NCBI GenBank assembly: GCA_963818475.1
Contig: CAWFSF010000006.1
Span: 1,760,001-1,824,000, forward strand
DNA: 64,000 nucleotides
Direction of reading: 5' to 3'
Origin: Nitrospirota bacterium
Lineage (GTDB): Bacteria; Nitrospirota; UBA9217
The stretch's first letter is position 1; every line of letters starts with the position of its first letter. This document shows positions 52,857-63,164 of this stretch, piece by piece. The notes beneath the pieces are model-generated. The model worked only from the letters and a program-made list of their open reading frames with translations, ran no database searches and was not told where the DNA came from. The position numbers and the translations under genes were made by a program.

Positions 52857-53387
52857 ATGAGGGGAGCCCTCCATGTGCTCCTCGTGGTCAGCCTCCTCGT
52901 CCTCGCCTATACCAGGAACACAGCGTGGCGAGACGAAACGCTCTTATGCGAAGACATTATACGGCAAAGCCCCCGCAAGGCGCGCGCTCACGGAAACCTC
53001 GGCAATGCGTACCAGAAGAGCGGCCGTCTTGACAAAGCGTTGGAAGAGTATCAAACGACCATATCGCTCGATCCCGGCGATGCGACGGCGCACAACAATC
53101 TGGGATTCATCTATGAATTGCTGGGGCGTTTCGATGATGCTCTTCAGGAGTATCTGACCGCCCTGGAGCTGAAACCTGACCTGGCTGCTGCATACAACAA
53201 CCTTGGGAATCTCTATTGGAAGCGAGGCAATGGAAATGAAGCCACGCTGGCATATCGGACCGCCGCGCAGCTCGATCCTCTCTCAGCCAGCATTCATTAC
53301 AATCTCGGGATGGTGTACAGCATGCAGGGGAGAACGCAAGAGGCTGCCCGGGAATTCGCCCTGAACCGCATGCTCGCGCCGCAGTAG
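52857..53387 (+). CDS. TPR protein
   Basis: Repeated AH/YNNLG..Y TPR units. Confidence 0.8.
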   Translation: MRGALHVLLVVSLLVLAYTRNTAWRDETLLCEDIIRQSPRKARAHGNLGNAYQKSGRLDKALEEYQTTISLDPGDATAHNNLGFIYELLGRFDDALQEYLTALELKPDLAAAYNNLGNLYWKRGNGNEATLAYRTAAQLDPLSASIHYNLGMVYSMQGRTQEAAREFALNRMLAPQ

Positions 53388-53516
53388 AGCACTACACTAA
53401 CGCGTCACAGAAGAGACCCCCCTGACGCAACAAAAATCCACCTGCCCTTTCGGACCAGGTGGATCATAGAGAATGACCAGAAGCGGTTCTAATAAACCCG
53501 TCCTAACGCGTGAATA

Positions 53517-53819
53517 TTATTCTGTTTCGTAGTTCGGGTTCGCCGGCTTGCCATGATCCTGAAGATACTGGTGGCTGAATGCCGGGATCACTCCCGTATC
53601 GCCGTTCTGAGGATGGATCATAAAGCGGTAGGACACGAGCTGCCCTACGGTCTGCATCATGTGGTCCCACCCTTTTTTGAAGAGTGTGCAGTCATTGTTG
53701 AAACAGACCCAGAGATAGGGCGAGTCCCAGTCCAGGTGGCGCGAATCCATCTGTTCCATCTGCGCTTTGCAGTGCGGACAGGTCGGTGCTTCCCTTACTT
53801 TCCATGTCGTCGTATCCAT
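53517..53819 (-). CDS. Small zinc-ribbon hypothetical protein
   Basis: CPHC..CFNNDC; GGAGG RBS. Confidence 0.7.
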   Translation of the reverse strand: MDTTTWKVREAPTCPHCKAQMEQMDSRHLDWDSPYLWVCFNNDCTLFKKGWDHMMQTVGQLVSYRFMIHPQNGDTGVIPAFSHQYLQDHGKPANPNYETE

Positions 53820-54018
53820 ACACCATTACCTCCTCATGATAAGAGGAGCATTATACGACAGCATTGGTGCATTTGCAATAGTGAAAAGACCGGACCAGCA
53901 GCCAGCGGGAGACAAGCTGCCTCCCCCTCGTAGCTGCAAGCCTAAGTGGCTGTTTTATAAAGAATTTTCGCTTTTCACTGCTTTCCGGAGCCTACCCCAA
54001 ACGAATATATCTGCTGCA

Positions 54019-54591
54019 TTAATAATTTTCCGCTGCAACCTCGAAGTACGTCTTTGGATGCTGGCAGGCAGGGCAGAGGTCAGGCGCCTCCACACCTTCA
54101 TGATGATATCCGCAGTTGCGGCATTTCCATGACGAGGAAGTGTCCTTCTTAAAAACCTTCCCCTTCTCAACGTTTTCCAGAAGTTTCCGGTAGCGCTTTT
54201 CATGCTTTACCTCGACCTTCGCGATCTGACGAAACGCCTCGGCCACCTCGCGGAACCCTTCATCCTCCGCGACCTTCGCAAAACCGGGGTACAGCTTCAT
54301 CCACTCTTCGTTCTCGCCTTCTGCTGCGGACCTCAGGTTCTCGGCGGTCGTCCCGATCCGGCCGGCAGGAAAGGACGCCGTAAATTCAGACAGTCCGCCC
54401 TCCAGGAACTTGAAGAACCGCTTGGCATGCTCCTTTTCATTATCTGCGGTCTCAAGGAAAAGAGCGGCGATCTGCTCATATCCTTCTTTTTTTGCCGCAC
54501 TGGCGAAGTAAGTATAGCGGTTCCGCGCCTGCGACTCACCTGCAAAAGCAGCGAGCAGATTTTGTTCGGTCTTTGTGCCTTTCAGTGCCAT
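54019..54591 (-). CDS. rbr: Rubrerythrin
   Basis: [12 protein letters not shown]; EKEH; EVKH; CRNCG..CPAC. Confidence 0.95.
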   Translation of the reverse strand: MALKGTKTEQNLLAAFAGESQARNRYTYFASAAKKEGYEQIAALFLETADNEKEHAKRFFKFLEGGLSEFTASFPAGRIGTTAENLRSAAEGENEEWMKLYPGFAKVAEDEGFREVAEAFRQIAKVEVKHEKRYRKLLENVEKGKVFKKDTSSSWKCRNCGYHHEGVEAPDLCPACQHPKTYFEVAAENY

Positions 54592-54638
54592 ACATCCTCC
54601 ATTGTGAAATAACCGTACTGCTCAGGTCAAAACACTAT

Positions 54639-54719
54639 CCGCTGATCACGAAGATTTCACCGATAAAAAAACCTGTACTACTTTTCTTAAAAATCTGCGT
54701 TTATCTGCGAAATCTGCGG
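54639..54719. repeat. Gene-less inverted repeat with 3-unit periodic arms
   Basis: ccgctgatcacgaagatttcaccgat ... atctgcgtttatctgcgaaatctgcgg. Confidence 0.65.
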
Positions 54720-54735
54720 CAAAACCGATCCCTAC

Positions 54736-55878
54736 CTACCGCATCCGCCTCGCCAATTCAGCTCGCGCAGCAAAGATATCGGCACGGGCAAGCAGCCAGT
54801 AGCTGATCCGCTCCTTCCCCTTCTGGATGCAGGGCCGCTCGCTCCATTGCGTAAGAGAAATACGTTCCGACTGTTTCAAATCTTCATCGAAGTTCGACCG
54901 TGCCTGCGCCGCGATCGCCGGATCGTGAACCACCGCCACGAGCTCGTAGTTGATCCGTCCGCTCCTGATATCCAGATTTGCAGAACCGGCGATGACCGTA
55001 TCATCAACGACCGCCAGCTTGGCATGCAGCATGGTCGGAAGATATTCCCACACCTCGATCCCCGCGCGCAGCAGTCTGCCGTAAAGCCCGCGCGCGGCCC
55101 ACCTCGCCATCGGCACATCGCTCTTCCGGGAGAAGAGAAGCCGCACGCGCACGCCGCGCCGCACCGCCCGTTTGAGTGCGCGCATAATGCTTCCCGGAGG
55201 ATAGAAGTACCCCATGGCAAGGTCGATGCTGGTGGCGGCAGTGCCGATCACCGTGCCATATCTCTTGCGCACCGGCTGCAGCGGGTTATCCAGCCCGCTT
55301 TCGAGAAACCGCACGCCGTCCTGCGGGATGTTCGGAACCGTGCGCTCGCGCCGAAGGCTAATAAGTTTGAGCCGGCGGATCATACGGTGGATCGGCAATT
55401 CCGCCCTGACCCACATCCGGGCAAAAGATGGGCGGAGCCGTGCAACCTCATGACCCGTTATCTCCAGTGCGTTATCGCGCCAGGGAAGCTCACCGTAGGC
55501 GCCCCGGTAATATTCGTCAGCGACATTGAAGCCGCCGATATAAGCAGCATGGTTGTCTATCAGCAGAAGTTTCCGGTGGTTCCGGAACAGGAACAGGCCG
55601 TGTTTGAACTGCCGGAACCAGCGGACATCGCCGCCCGCAGAGCGCAACCCGTCCCAGAAAGAGTCAGGGAGCGCCCAGGACCCAAAGGAATCCACCAGCA
55701 CCATCACACCGACACCCCGCTGGGCGGCAGCAACAAGGTGGCTGCGAAACTCCCGCCCCGTCTCGTCGTCGGCCACAACATACATTTCAAGGGCAATAGA
55801 GGTACGGGCCACGCCGATGGCTGCGAACATGGCGGGGAAAGCCTCGATGCCGTTTTTGAGGAGACGGACGGATGTCAT
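54736..55878 (-). CDS. Cardiolipin synthase-like phospholipase D (ClsB-type)
   Basis: Two HKD motifs: NHRKLLLID and LHAKLAVVD. Confidence 0.88.
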   Translation of the reverse strand: MTSVRLLKNGIEAFPAMFAAIGVARTSIALEMYVVADDETGREFRSHLVAAAQRGVGVMVLVDSFGSWALPDSFWDGLRSAGGDVRWFRQFKHGLFLFRNHRKLLLIDNHAAYIGGFNVADEYYRGAYGELPWRDNALEITGHEVARLRPSFARMWVRAELPIHRMIRRLKLISLRRERTVPNIPQDGVRFLESGLDNPLQPVRKRYGTVIGTAATSIDLAMGYFYPPGSIMRALKRAVRRGVRVRLLFSRKSDVPMARWAARGLYGRLLRAGIEVWEYLPTMLHAKLAVVDDTVIAGSANLDIRSGRINYELVAVVHDPAIAAQARSNFDEDLKQSERISLTQWSERPCIQKGKERISYWLLARADIFAARAELARRMR

Positions 55879-55890
55879 GGCGACGATACC

Positions 55891-55983
55891 AGTGCAAAGT
55901 TCGAAGTGCAAAGTTCAAAGTGCAAAATGAGGAACGTGAGATCTTCCCCCCACTTTGCATTTTTCAATTTGCAATTTGCATTT
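55891..55983. repeat. Heptamer-periodic inverted repeat
   Basis: (gtgcaaa/gttcgaa/gttcaaa)x5 ... tttgcatttttcaatttgcaatttgca. Confidence 0.7.
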
Positions 55984-56455
55984 AAATATTCTCGAACGTA
56001 TACTCCACCTTCACCTTCAGGTCCTTCCTGAGGGAATGATAGACCGAGCAATACTTTTCCTGCGACAGCGATATTGCCCGTTCGATCTTTTTCGCGGTCA
56101 ATCCCGTGCCGGTCACCGAGATGATCATTTCGATGGAAGTATAATACTGAGGAGGCGTGGGATTTCGTTCACCTACGATGTCCATCTTATAGGACTTTAT
56201 TTCGATCTTCATTTTTTTGAGGAACGACACCATGTCGATCCCCATACACCCGGCCACACTCAGCAGGAGCGTTTCCGTGGGCGAGCAGCCCCATTGCTGC
56301 GCTGCATCGTATTCGACCTCATACCCCCGGTTCGTGCGGCCCACGAAGATGAGTTCCTTGTCCCAGGTAAGGGTCGCCTTGTTCACCTGCGATATTTTTG
56401 ATTTGTACGCTTCGAGCGATTCGTCCAGCTCATTGATCTCTTTTTCCTCAGACAT
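55982..56455 (-). CDS. OsmC/YhfA family protein
   Basis: SPTETLL..AGC; EKYCSV. Confidence 0.85.
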   Translation of the reverse strand: MSEEKEINELDESLEAYKSKISQVNKATLTWDKELIFVGRTNRGYEVEYDAAQQWGCSPTETLLLSVAGCMGIDMVSFLKKMKIEIKSYKMDIVGERNPTPPQYYTSIEMIISVTGTGLTAKKIERAISLSQEKYCSVYHSLRKDLKVKVEYTFENI

Positions 56456-56525
56456 ATACCACTCCTTTATAATAAAATGGAAGGGCCAGGTACGGTGGAT
56501 GCTCACCGCTGCCCCCCGTTTCGTG

Positions 56526-56840
56526 TCAGCCCTGGTTCTTCATTCTCTCACGCAGAAGGCTCACGGCCTCCTCTTCCCTGCCCGCCTCCACCTTCAGGAC
56601 GTAGATCTTGATCTCCCGCAAGGGATAGGCGTCGAACGTGGCCTGTATCCCGGCCGCGCCGAGATACAGGATGTATTCCATCATGGTGGTGTCGCTGTAT
56701 CCCTTGCCCGTATCTCCGCGCAGGACCTCAACATATTCGACAGCTTCATCGGGCTCCGGCTCATCGGTTGTCCCTTGGTCCCAGACGTCGCCATAGGCCC
56801 ACCCGTCGTCACTATTATTTGTATCATCGTTCCGTTTCAT
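56526..56840 (-). CDS. Hypothetical acidic protein
   Basis: ORF with plausible composition upstream of the OsmC gene. Confidence 0.55.
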   Translation of the reverse strand: MKRNDDTNNSDDGWAYGDVWDQGTTDEPEPDEAVEYVEVLRGDTGKGYSDTTMMEYILYLGAAGIQATFDAYPLREIKIYVLKVEAGREEEAVSLLRERMKNQG

Positions 56841-56946
56841 AGGGTTATACTTGTAAATAGTAATGGAGAGCACCGGGAGAGTCAAATAAAAAATCCTGAT
56901 ACTAGCGTTGTTGACAGATCTCCGGAGAAAGGCTACTATTCCTCCC

Positions 56947-57141
56947 ATGATAGAGACAACAGGTTTTCTCCTCGGATTCGGCTTCAGCGTGCTTGTCTAT
57001 GTCCGCTCCATCAGGACCGCGGACCTGTCATGGCAGAAAAAAGCGGTCTACTCCCTTTTCACGTTCATCGGGATCACCGGTACGGTCTTCCTCGCCGGCG
57101 TCCTGATCGCCCATGCGTTGAGAAAGTACTGGGCATTTTAG
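56947..57141 (+). CDS. Small two-TM protein, probably leaderless
   Basis: TTGACA-N17-TACTAT at 56911-39, ATG 7 nt later. Confidence 0.55.
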   Translation: MIETTGFLLGFGFSVLVYVRSIRTADLSWQKKAVYSLFTFIGITGTVFLAGVLIAHALRKYWAF

Positions 57142-57530
57142 CCCGCCTCGTTGATCGCATCAAGCGCCTCTTCTGCAGCTTCACGCACCCCGGGATGGAC
57201 GTCGGCCATGCAGGCCTCGATCGCCGCTCGAGCCGCAAGTGCCCTGATGGTCCCCAGAACGGACAGCGCATCGCCGCGGATGGTGGGATTATCATGCTTC
57301 AGGAGGGCGATGAGGCCCGGCACCGCAGCATCAAGCCCTTCCCGGTGCTCACCCACCAGCTCTTCCACCAGCGCAGTAGCTCCGAGCCGCACGCGAATCT
57401 GCTCGTCACCAACCATGTCGGCGATGAACCGGCAGAGGGATTGGTCCTGCCTGAACATGGCTATGATATTGTCGAGAAAACCCTTTTCCATGTACTCGAT
57501 CAGCATGGCCCGCATCTCATTCTCTTCCAT
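57138..57530 (-). CDS. HEAT-repeat protein
   Basis: LLKHDNPTIRGDALSVLG; D.HP.VREAAEEAL. Confidence 0.8.
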   Translation of the reverse strand: MEENEMRAMLIEYMEKGFLDNIIAMFRQDQSLCRFIADMVGDEQIRVRLGATALVEELVGEHREGLDAAVPGLIALLKHDNPTIRGDALSVLGTIRALAARAAIEACMADVHPGVREAAEEALDAINEAG

Positions 57531-57549
57531 AGGCTCGTCCTCGTAGAAA

Positions 57550-57608
57550 CGCAAAGGGCGCCAAAACGGAAAGATCCTTTCGATCTTTGCGTCCTGCGCG
57601 CCTTTGCG
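57550..57608. repeat. Degenerate family-A-like inverted repeat
   Basis: cgcaaagggcgccaaaacggaaagatc / gatctttgcgtcctgcgcgcctttgcg. Confidence 0.5.
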
Positions 57609-57632
57609 GAAACCAGCGGGTGATGAACTGCT

Positions 57633-59090
57633 TTAGAACTCGACGGACTCGATGATCCTTCTCACTTCGGCGGGCATCTCACCGATGGCGCCGATCTTCT
57701 TTTTGATAAAGGAGTTGCTCATCATGAGCTTCATAGCGGTCATCATGTACTTCTTTTTGAACTCGTCCCGTTCCTGCAGCGTCATTTCGGCATAGCGGTT
57801 CATATAGAACGCGCGATAGCAGTCTACGATCGCCCGGTCGAGCTCTTCCAGGGTCATGTTCTTCGGTTTGATGATCGGATCGATCAGATTATACTTCCGG
57901 TAGTCGGTGACCGCAATATAGGGCTTCAGGTCGTTATAGATGTCTGCATAGGGCCAGGGTGCGATGGCGAGGAAGTGCGCCATGTCCGGATTGAATTCCA
58001 TGGCCAGTTCAAGCGTCTTTGCGATGGAATCCTCGGTCTCGTCCGGAAAACCGAGGATCATGGAGGTCTCGGTGATGATGCCGTGCTCGCGGCAGAGCGC
58101 CAGCGCCTTTTTGGATTCCTCGAGGCTCAGGTCCTTCTTGATATAGTCCAGGCTCGATTGCTGCGTTGACTCGGTGCCCACATAGATGTGGATGATGCCG
58201 GCCTTGCGGTACTTGGGGAGGATGTCCTCGTCCCGGATGATGTCGGCGGCCCGGGTCTCCATCAGGATATACTGTCCCACTTTTTTCTCGATCAGCAGGT
58301 CCAGGAGCTTTTCCCAGCGCTGCCGGTCCGGCGTGGGGTAATCGTCGGTAAAGAGCACCACGTCAACGCCGAACTTGTCCCGGAGCTCGAGCATTTCCCG
58401 CACAATGTCCTCGGGGCTCCGGGCGCGCCACTTCTGGTGCCAGAACTTCTGCTGCGAGCAGAACGTGCACTCCTTGTCGCAGCCGCGCGACGTGTCGACT
58501 GCGCCGAGGCGCGAACCGGGCAGCACGTAATAGTGGTAATCGCTCCAGTCCAGGAGGTCCCATCCCATGGGCTGGTTGTCAAGGTTCTGCATGAGCGGCC
58601 GGTCCGGGGTGACCGCAAGCGCTCCGTTCTTCCGGTAAACGAGACCCTTGACCGCGGCAAGGTCGTGATTGCCGGTCACGGCGTTCAGCAGCTCCACGAT
58701 CGTCCGCTCTCCTTCTCCGCGCACAACGAAATCCAGCCCGGGAGCCAGGCCGAACATCTCTTCGTACATAAAGGTCGCATGCACGCCTCCCAGGATGGTC
58801 GTAATCGCGGGATCGACCTTCTTGGCAAGCTCGATGACCAGCATGCCGTCAGGCGACGTGCAGGTAAATACGGACACTGCCACAAAATCCGGTTTGTATT
58901 CCCTGATCTTCTGCTCGATCTCGGGAAAGCCCACGTTCTTGGTCATGGCGTCGTAGATTGCGGCCTCATAGCCTGCCTGGCGCGCGGCGCCGGCAAGATA
59001 TACCAGATACAGCGGCACCCAGCTGCCCGCCACCTCGACCACGCCCGCATGGAACGGGACTGTTATAAAGAGGACCTTCTTGTTGCCCAT
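57633..59090 (-). CDS. Cobalamin-binding radical SAM protein (class B / BchE-like)
   Basis: N-terminal B12 domain (LGGVHATF, RGEGE); SRGCDKECTFC. Confidence 0.9.
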   Translation of the reverse strand: MGNKKVLFITVPFHAGVVEVAGSWVPLYLVYLAGAARQAGYEAAIYDAMTKNVGFPEIEQKIREYKPDFVAVSVFTCTSPDGMLVIELAKKVDPAITTILGGVHATFMYEEMFGLAPGLDFVVRGEGERTIVELLNAVTGNHDLAAVKGLVYRKNGALAVTPDRPLMQNLDNQPMGWDLLDWSDYHYYVLPGSRLGAVDTSRGCDKECTFCSQQKFWHQKWRARSPEDIVREMLELRDKFGVDVVLFTDDYPTPDRQRWEKLLDLLIEKKVGQYILMETRAADIIRDEDILPKYRKAGIIHIYVGTESTQQSSLDYIKKDLSLEESKKALALCREHGIITETSMILGFPDETEDSIAKTLELAMEFNPDMAHFLAIAPWPYADIYNDLKPYIAVTDYRKYNLIDPIIKPKNMTLEELDRAIVDCYRAFYMNRYAEMTLQERDEFKKKYMMTAMKLMMSNSFIKKKIGAIGEMPAEVRRIIESVEF

Positions 59091-59398
59091 CCTGAGTTCA
59101 CCCTGTTCTTTTTCGTATTCCGGAATTCTTGCATCCTCATGCCAAAACAGCCGCGAGAATGTCCGTTATCTTACCAGATAATCAGCTCATTAAAAAGCAG
59201 AAAATGCATCTTCTTCCTGGAGAGAGCAACGAGGACCGTGAGTTTTTTGACCATGAACGACGACCCTTGATCTTATGAACTGGTTGTAAATATGAGGGCC
59301 CATCTTAATAGGACACACGATAAGTGTCAAGGCTTTTCCGGACTACAGCAAGCCAAAAACCGTTGACTTTGGCGGTAAAGGCAAGTAATATGACGCCG

Positions 59399-59776
59399 AT
59401 GATTCCCGTGGTTATCATGAGCATCAATTACTCGCACGACATTGCCACGGCGCTGCTGGCGGTCAGCGGGGCCTTTCTGTGGATGCTGTCGAGCCTGTAC
59501 CCGTCGGAAGCCTCGATCGGCATGGAACGCTATTTTGTCACAACCTACCATGGCATCACCAGGCTTGCGAAACTGTCCCTGTTCTGGATCCTGGCCGCGG
59601 GCGTGCCGCGCATCGTTTTTTACACTCAGTATGAATGGTCCGATGCGGCCGGAGACCTGCAGGTCATCGCGATCATCATCAAGCATGTTGTTATGTTCCT
59701 GCTCGTCGGCACCGGTCTGTTCTACTGGTCCAAGCTTGCCAAACGCGTAAAGCAGCTCCAGCTGAAGCACGGTTAG
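59399..59776 (+). CDS. Membrane protein, probably leaderless
   Basis: TTGACT-N17-TAATAT at 59363-91, ATG 7 nt later; three TMs with His residues. Confidence 0.65.
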   Translation: MIPVVIMSINYSHDIATALLAVSGAFLWMLSSLYPSEASIGMERYFVTTYHGITRLAKLSLFWILAAGVPRIVFYTQYEWSDAAGDLQVIAIIIKHVVMFLLVGTGLFYWSKLAKRVKQLQLKHG

Positions 59777-59798
59777 TTATTCTTAAGGAGGCAGCAGA

Positions 59799-59987
59799 AT
59801 GATCAGAACTCTCGTAATGGGCGCAGTACTCGGCCTGGTGGGCGGGCTACTCTTCGGCGTTCTTTATTTCGGCGCAGGCCAGATAACCACCCCCATGGCC
59901 TACATCCATGACATTTCCGGCACGGGCCTCGGCATCCTGATCGCCGCGATCGTTTACCTTTATAAGCGGGGGCCGGCACGCAAATGA
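59799..59987 (+). CDS. Small two-TM protein
   Basis: AAGGAGG RBS; overlaps next gene. Confidence 0.65.
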   Translation: MIRTLVMGAVLGLVGGLLFGVLYFGAGQITTPMAYIHDISGTGLGILIAAIVYLYKRGPARK

Positions 59988-60472
59988 TGCCCCGCAGGAT
60001 CAAAACGCTATCCGCTGCTTTACTCCTGGTGCTGATCCTTGCCTGTGCAGGAGGACTGCCGGCAGAATTTCCCGCCCCGGACTTTACGCTCAAGAGCCCC
60101 CTGAGCGGTACCGAGGTCAGTCTTGCATCCATAAAAGGAAAACCGACCATCATCTACTGGTTCACCAGCTGGTGAACACGCTGTGTTGAAGAGATCCCGC
60201 TGGTCCAGCGGGCAGAAGAAAAATACAAGAACGAAAAACTGACCGTGCTCTGGGTGGGCCACCAGGACCGACCGGAAAAGCTCACGGAATATGCAAAAAA
60301 GAACAATATCCCCGACTATTTATTCGATGGCGATGAGAATATGTCGAAAAAATTTCGCATGACCTACGGCGGCGGTGTCGTATTCATCGATCGGACCGGC
60401 GTCGTCAAGATGCGGGTCCCGAAGGGTTTTTCTCCCGCCAGCCTTGAGGCCGCGCTCAAAAAGATCCTTTAG
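59984..60472 (+). CDS. TlpA/ResA-like redoxin with selenocysteine (UxxC)
   Basis: 59984..60175 and 60245..60472 are in the same frame; FTSW-TGA-TRCVEEIP; hairpin at 60196-60212. Confidence 0.82.
60196..60212 (+). promoter_or_regulatory. Candidate bacterial SECIS hairpin
   Basis: CCCGCTG-GTC-CAGCGGG starting 20 nt after the UGA, with G at loop start. Confidence 0.6.
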
Positions 60473-60474
60473 GA

Positions 60475-61857
60475 ATGTCTGAAACGTTTTTCATATCCTT
60501 CCGGGAGTCTTTCCAGTGCGCTTTTCTCCTGGCGCTGGTGTTGTACTATCCCTCCGTGCGGGACCGGAAGGATCATGCCGCCAGCGTCGTTGCCGGCGTG
60601 ATTCTCGCTTTCCTTGCCGGGTTCCCTCTGGGCTATCTCCCCGCTCTCAGCAAAGCGCTGCAGTCGCACGAAACCTGGACCTACTGGCGGCACCTTGCCG
60701 AAGCCCTCCTGTTCTCGCTCAGCATCCTGTTCGTTGCCAGGCCTGTTATCAAAGCCCCGCCTGTTGTCCTCTCCCTTGCCCTGTTCGCGCTGGGGTTCTC
60801 GCTCTTCTTTTTCGAATCCCGCGCAGCGGCGTTCATCATCCAGGACATGGGCGCCATGCAGGACAATGTGCAGGGCGCCCTGGCTTCTGCCGCTGGAGGC
60901 CTGGTAGCAGGTTTTGCCCTGCTCGTCCTGCTCAAACCAATGCTCCGCAGGATTCCTTTCGAGAAGGCATTTACCCTGCCCAGCCTCCTGATGACGATCG
61001 GTGCGCTGCAGTTCGGTTTTGGCGGAGTGGCCGAACTCGAGCGGGAGAACATCCTGACCCCGCTTCAGCGGGGGCTGCAGAACTTCCTGGGAGATGCGGT
61101 CAGGGCGGTCCAGAAAACGCTGCTCATCCCCGAGCACCCGTTCCTCGACGTCAACTGGGACGGCCTTGCGCGTTTCATCGGCGGCGACCGCACTGCGCTC
61201 ATGCTGACGGTGATCTTCATCATGACCCCGCCCGTCCTTATCCTCATCCGGCTGTTCTCGCAGCCCGACCCCATCATCGGCAGTGAAACGGTGGCTGCGC
61301 AGCGCCGGACGCAGATCGCCTTCTTCAGAAATGAGCTGCTCTTCAAGACCGTGCCGGTCCTGACGGTCTTTGCGGTCCTGGTGATCATGCTGCACGCGGT
61401 GAATGTATCCATGAATCCGCTCTACGAACCGACGCCGGTGCCGGTACGAGAGGCAGAACAGGCAAAGGTCGTCAAGATCCCCTTTGCCGACAAACTGGGT
61501 GATCTGAGCGACAAAAAGCTCAGAAAATATGTCTACTACTACGGGGCGAAGCAGATCATCTTCATCGCCATCCTGAAGGCTGATGGGGCCGTAGGCGTGG
61601 CCTTGGATGAATGCGAGATCTGCAGACCCGCGGACTGGAACACCGATGCCAAAGGCTATGCCCAGAAGGGCGAGCACCTCATCTGCAAATACTGCATGAC
61701 GCCCATCGCCACATCAACGGTCAACAACCCCGGGGGATGCAACCCCATCCCCATCCCGTTCATCGTTCAGGACGGCTCTATCGTGATCAAGCTTGCTGAC
61801 CTGACCGGCATCTATGACAAGACCCAGGCACTGGAGAAAAAGGGGACGCATCTGTGA
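60475..61857 (+). CDS. FTR1-like membrane domain fused to DUF2318 Cys-rich domain
   Basis: N-terminal RESFQ in the first TM, many TMs; DECEIC..GY.Q.G..LICKYC..GGCNPIP. Confidence 0.72.
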   Translation: MSETFFISFRESFQCAFLLALVLYYPSVRDRKDHAASVVAGVILAFLAGFPLGYLPALSKALQSHETWTYWRHLAEALLFSLSILFVARPVIKAPPVVLSLALFALGFSLFFFESRAAAFIIQDMGAMQDNVQGALASAAGGLVAGFALLVLLKPMLRRIPFEKAFTLPSLLMTIGALQFGFGGVAELERENILTPLQRGLQNFLGDAVRAVQKTLLIPEHPFLDVNWDGLARFIGGDRTALMLTVIFIMTPPVLILIRLFSQPDPIIGSETVAAQRRTQIAFFRNELLFKTVPVLTVFAVLVIMLHAVNVSMNPLYEPTPVPVREAEQAKVVKIPFADKLGDLSDKKLRKYVYYYGAKQIIFIAILKADGAVGVALDECEICRPADWNTDAKGYAQKGEHLICKYCMTPIATSTVNNPGGCNPIPIPFIVQDGSIVIKLADLTGIYDKTQALEKKGTHL

Positions 61858-63098
61858 TGAGATCCTTCGCCATGCGCATTACGGCATCCTGGTGGCTAAC
61901 TGCTCTCTTCTGCATCCTGATGCTCGCAACCTATATTGCCGCGACATTTGGAGAGCACCCCTTTGCACGCTGGATATCGTTCCTCCTGCTTTCCCCGACA
62001 GGGCTCGCGCTCTACTGCGGCCTCGCAATCAATATCATGCTTGTCAGCATCCGTGTCGTGCTGTTGCCTCTTCAGAGGCCGCTCCCTTCCCGGGATACGG
62101 TCATGTCCATGGACACCTGGTTCACGGTTCCCGCATCCGGTGCAAATGCTGCTTCGCGTGCCGCAGCATGGATGACTGGCCGGGAATTTCCCGCCGCCAT
62201 CACGGGCAACACGGTTTCCGCGATCAAAGGAAAATACTCCTTCCTGCCGGGCACTATCATGCGGGCAGGCATCGTGCTGTTGATGGCAGCCCTGCTGATC
62301 AGCGCGCATACGAGGAAAACCGGCGAGTTGGCGCTGCACGAGGGGGAAGAAGGCGATCTTTTCGGGGAAAAGGTCGCGCTGCGCGCCATCAACGCCCCGC
62401 TGCCGGCCGATTATCTGCAGGTCGGCGATGAAAGTTCGTTCAAACTCAAAGACGTCTCGGCGGTGCTTACAGCACAGGGCGCCGACCAGATCATTGACAC
62501 GCGCTGGCCTGTCCGGATCGCGGGCCGCTTTTGCCGGATCAGCCATTTCGGCTATACCCAGCCGATCACCGTAACGACGGACACAGGATCGTTTTCAAAA
62601 AAGCTGGACCTTGACGTTCTGCCGCCGGGAAAGAGCCAGCTCGTGGCACCCGTGCCAAGCGGTCTCCTGCTCACCATCGCGCTGCAGCCCGAGAAGACGA
62701 TCTCCAAAGGACTGTTGACCGGGAAGCAATATAACCTCGAGACCCCCCGCTACCGGATCATGGTGCAGAACGGCGGTTCGAAGACCCCGCCCCAGGAGCT
62801 GACGCTCCGTTCCAATGAACAGGTTGCCGCGAAAGGGGCCACACTATCGCTCGGCGGAGACAGCAGGTTCATCACCCTGCACTATGCCGTCGATCCTGCG
62901 CTCAGATTCATCTACGCAGGCATCCTGCTCGTTCTGGGAGGGGGCGTTCTGATGCTGTCACGGTTCTTCTGGTACCGCAAGGAGATGGCTGCTGTACTGG
63001 ATGGGGACAGCCTGCTGGTCGGTTTTCAAGAGGAATTTTACAGCAAGTGGGGCATCCTGCAGTTCCACCGCTGGAAGGACGATCTTTTGCAGAAGTAA
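61854..63098 (+). CDS. ResB-like membrane protein
   Basis: N-terminal TMs, KGKYS + TM, large periplasmic domain, DPA..IYAG C-terminal TM. Confidence 0.55.
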   Translation: MMRSFAMRITASWWLTALFCILMLATYIAATFGEHPFARWISFLLLSPTGLALYCGLAINIMLVSIRVVLLPLQRPLPSRDTVMSMDTWFTVPASGANAASRAAAWMTGREFPAAITGNTVSAIKGKYSFLPGTIMRAGIVLLMAALLISAHTRKTGELALHEGEEGDLFGEKVALRAINAPLPADYLQVGDESSFKLKDVSAVLTAQGADQIIDTRWPVRIAGRFCRISHFGYTQPITVTTDTGSFSKKLDLDVLPPGKSQLVAPVPSGLLLTIALQPEKTISKGLLTGKQYNLETPRYRIMVQNGGSKTPPQELTLRSNEQVAAKGATLSLGGDSRFITLHYAVDPALRFIYAGILLVLGGGVLMLSRFFWYRKEMAAVLDGDSLLVGFQEEFYSKWGILQFHRWKDDLLQK

Positions 63099-63164
63099 CC
63101 GCGGGCATGGTATTTTGTAGCGGACCGCAAGCCGGTTGGCGCGGGCCTGCTGGATGAATTAGCC

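Noticed and set aside
56217-57623. 468-aa plus-strand ORF
   Set aside because: Spans several plausible short genes on both strands; atypical composition and no recognisable domain.
59175-59195. Fur box upstream of the FTR1-like operon
   Set aside because: Only a GATAAT half-site; the second half does not fit the 7-1-7 palindrome.
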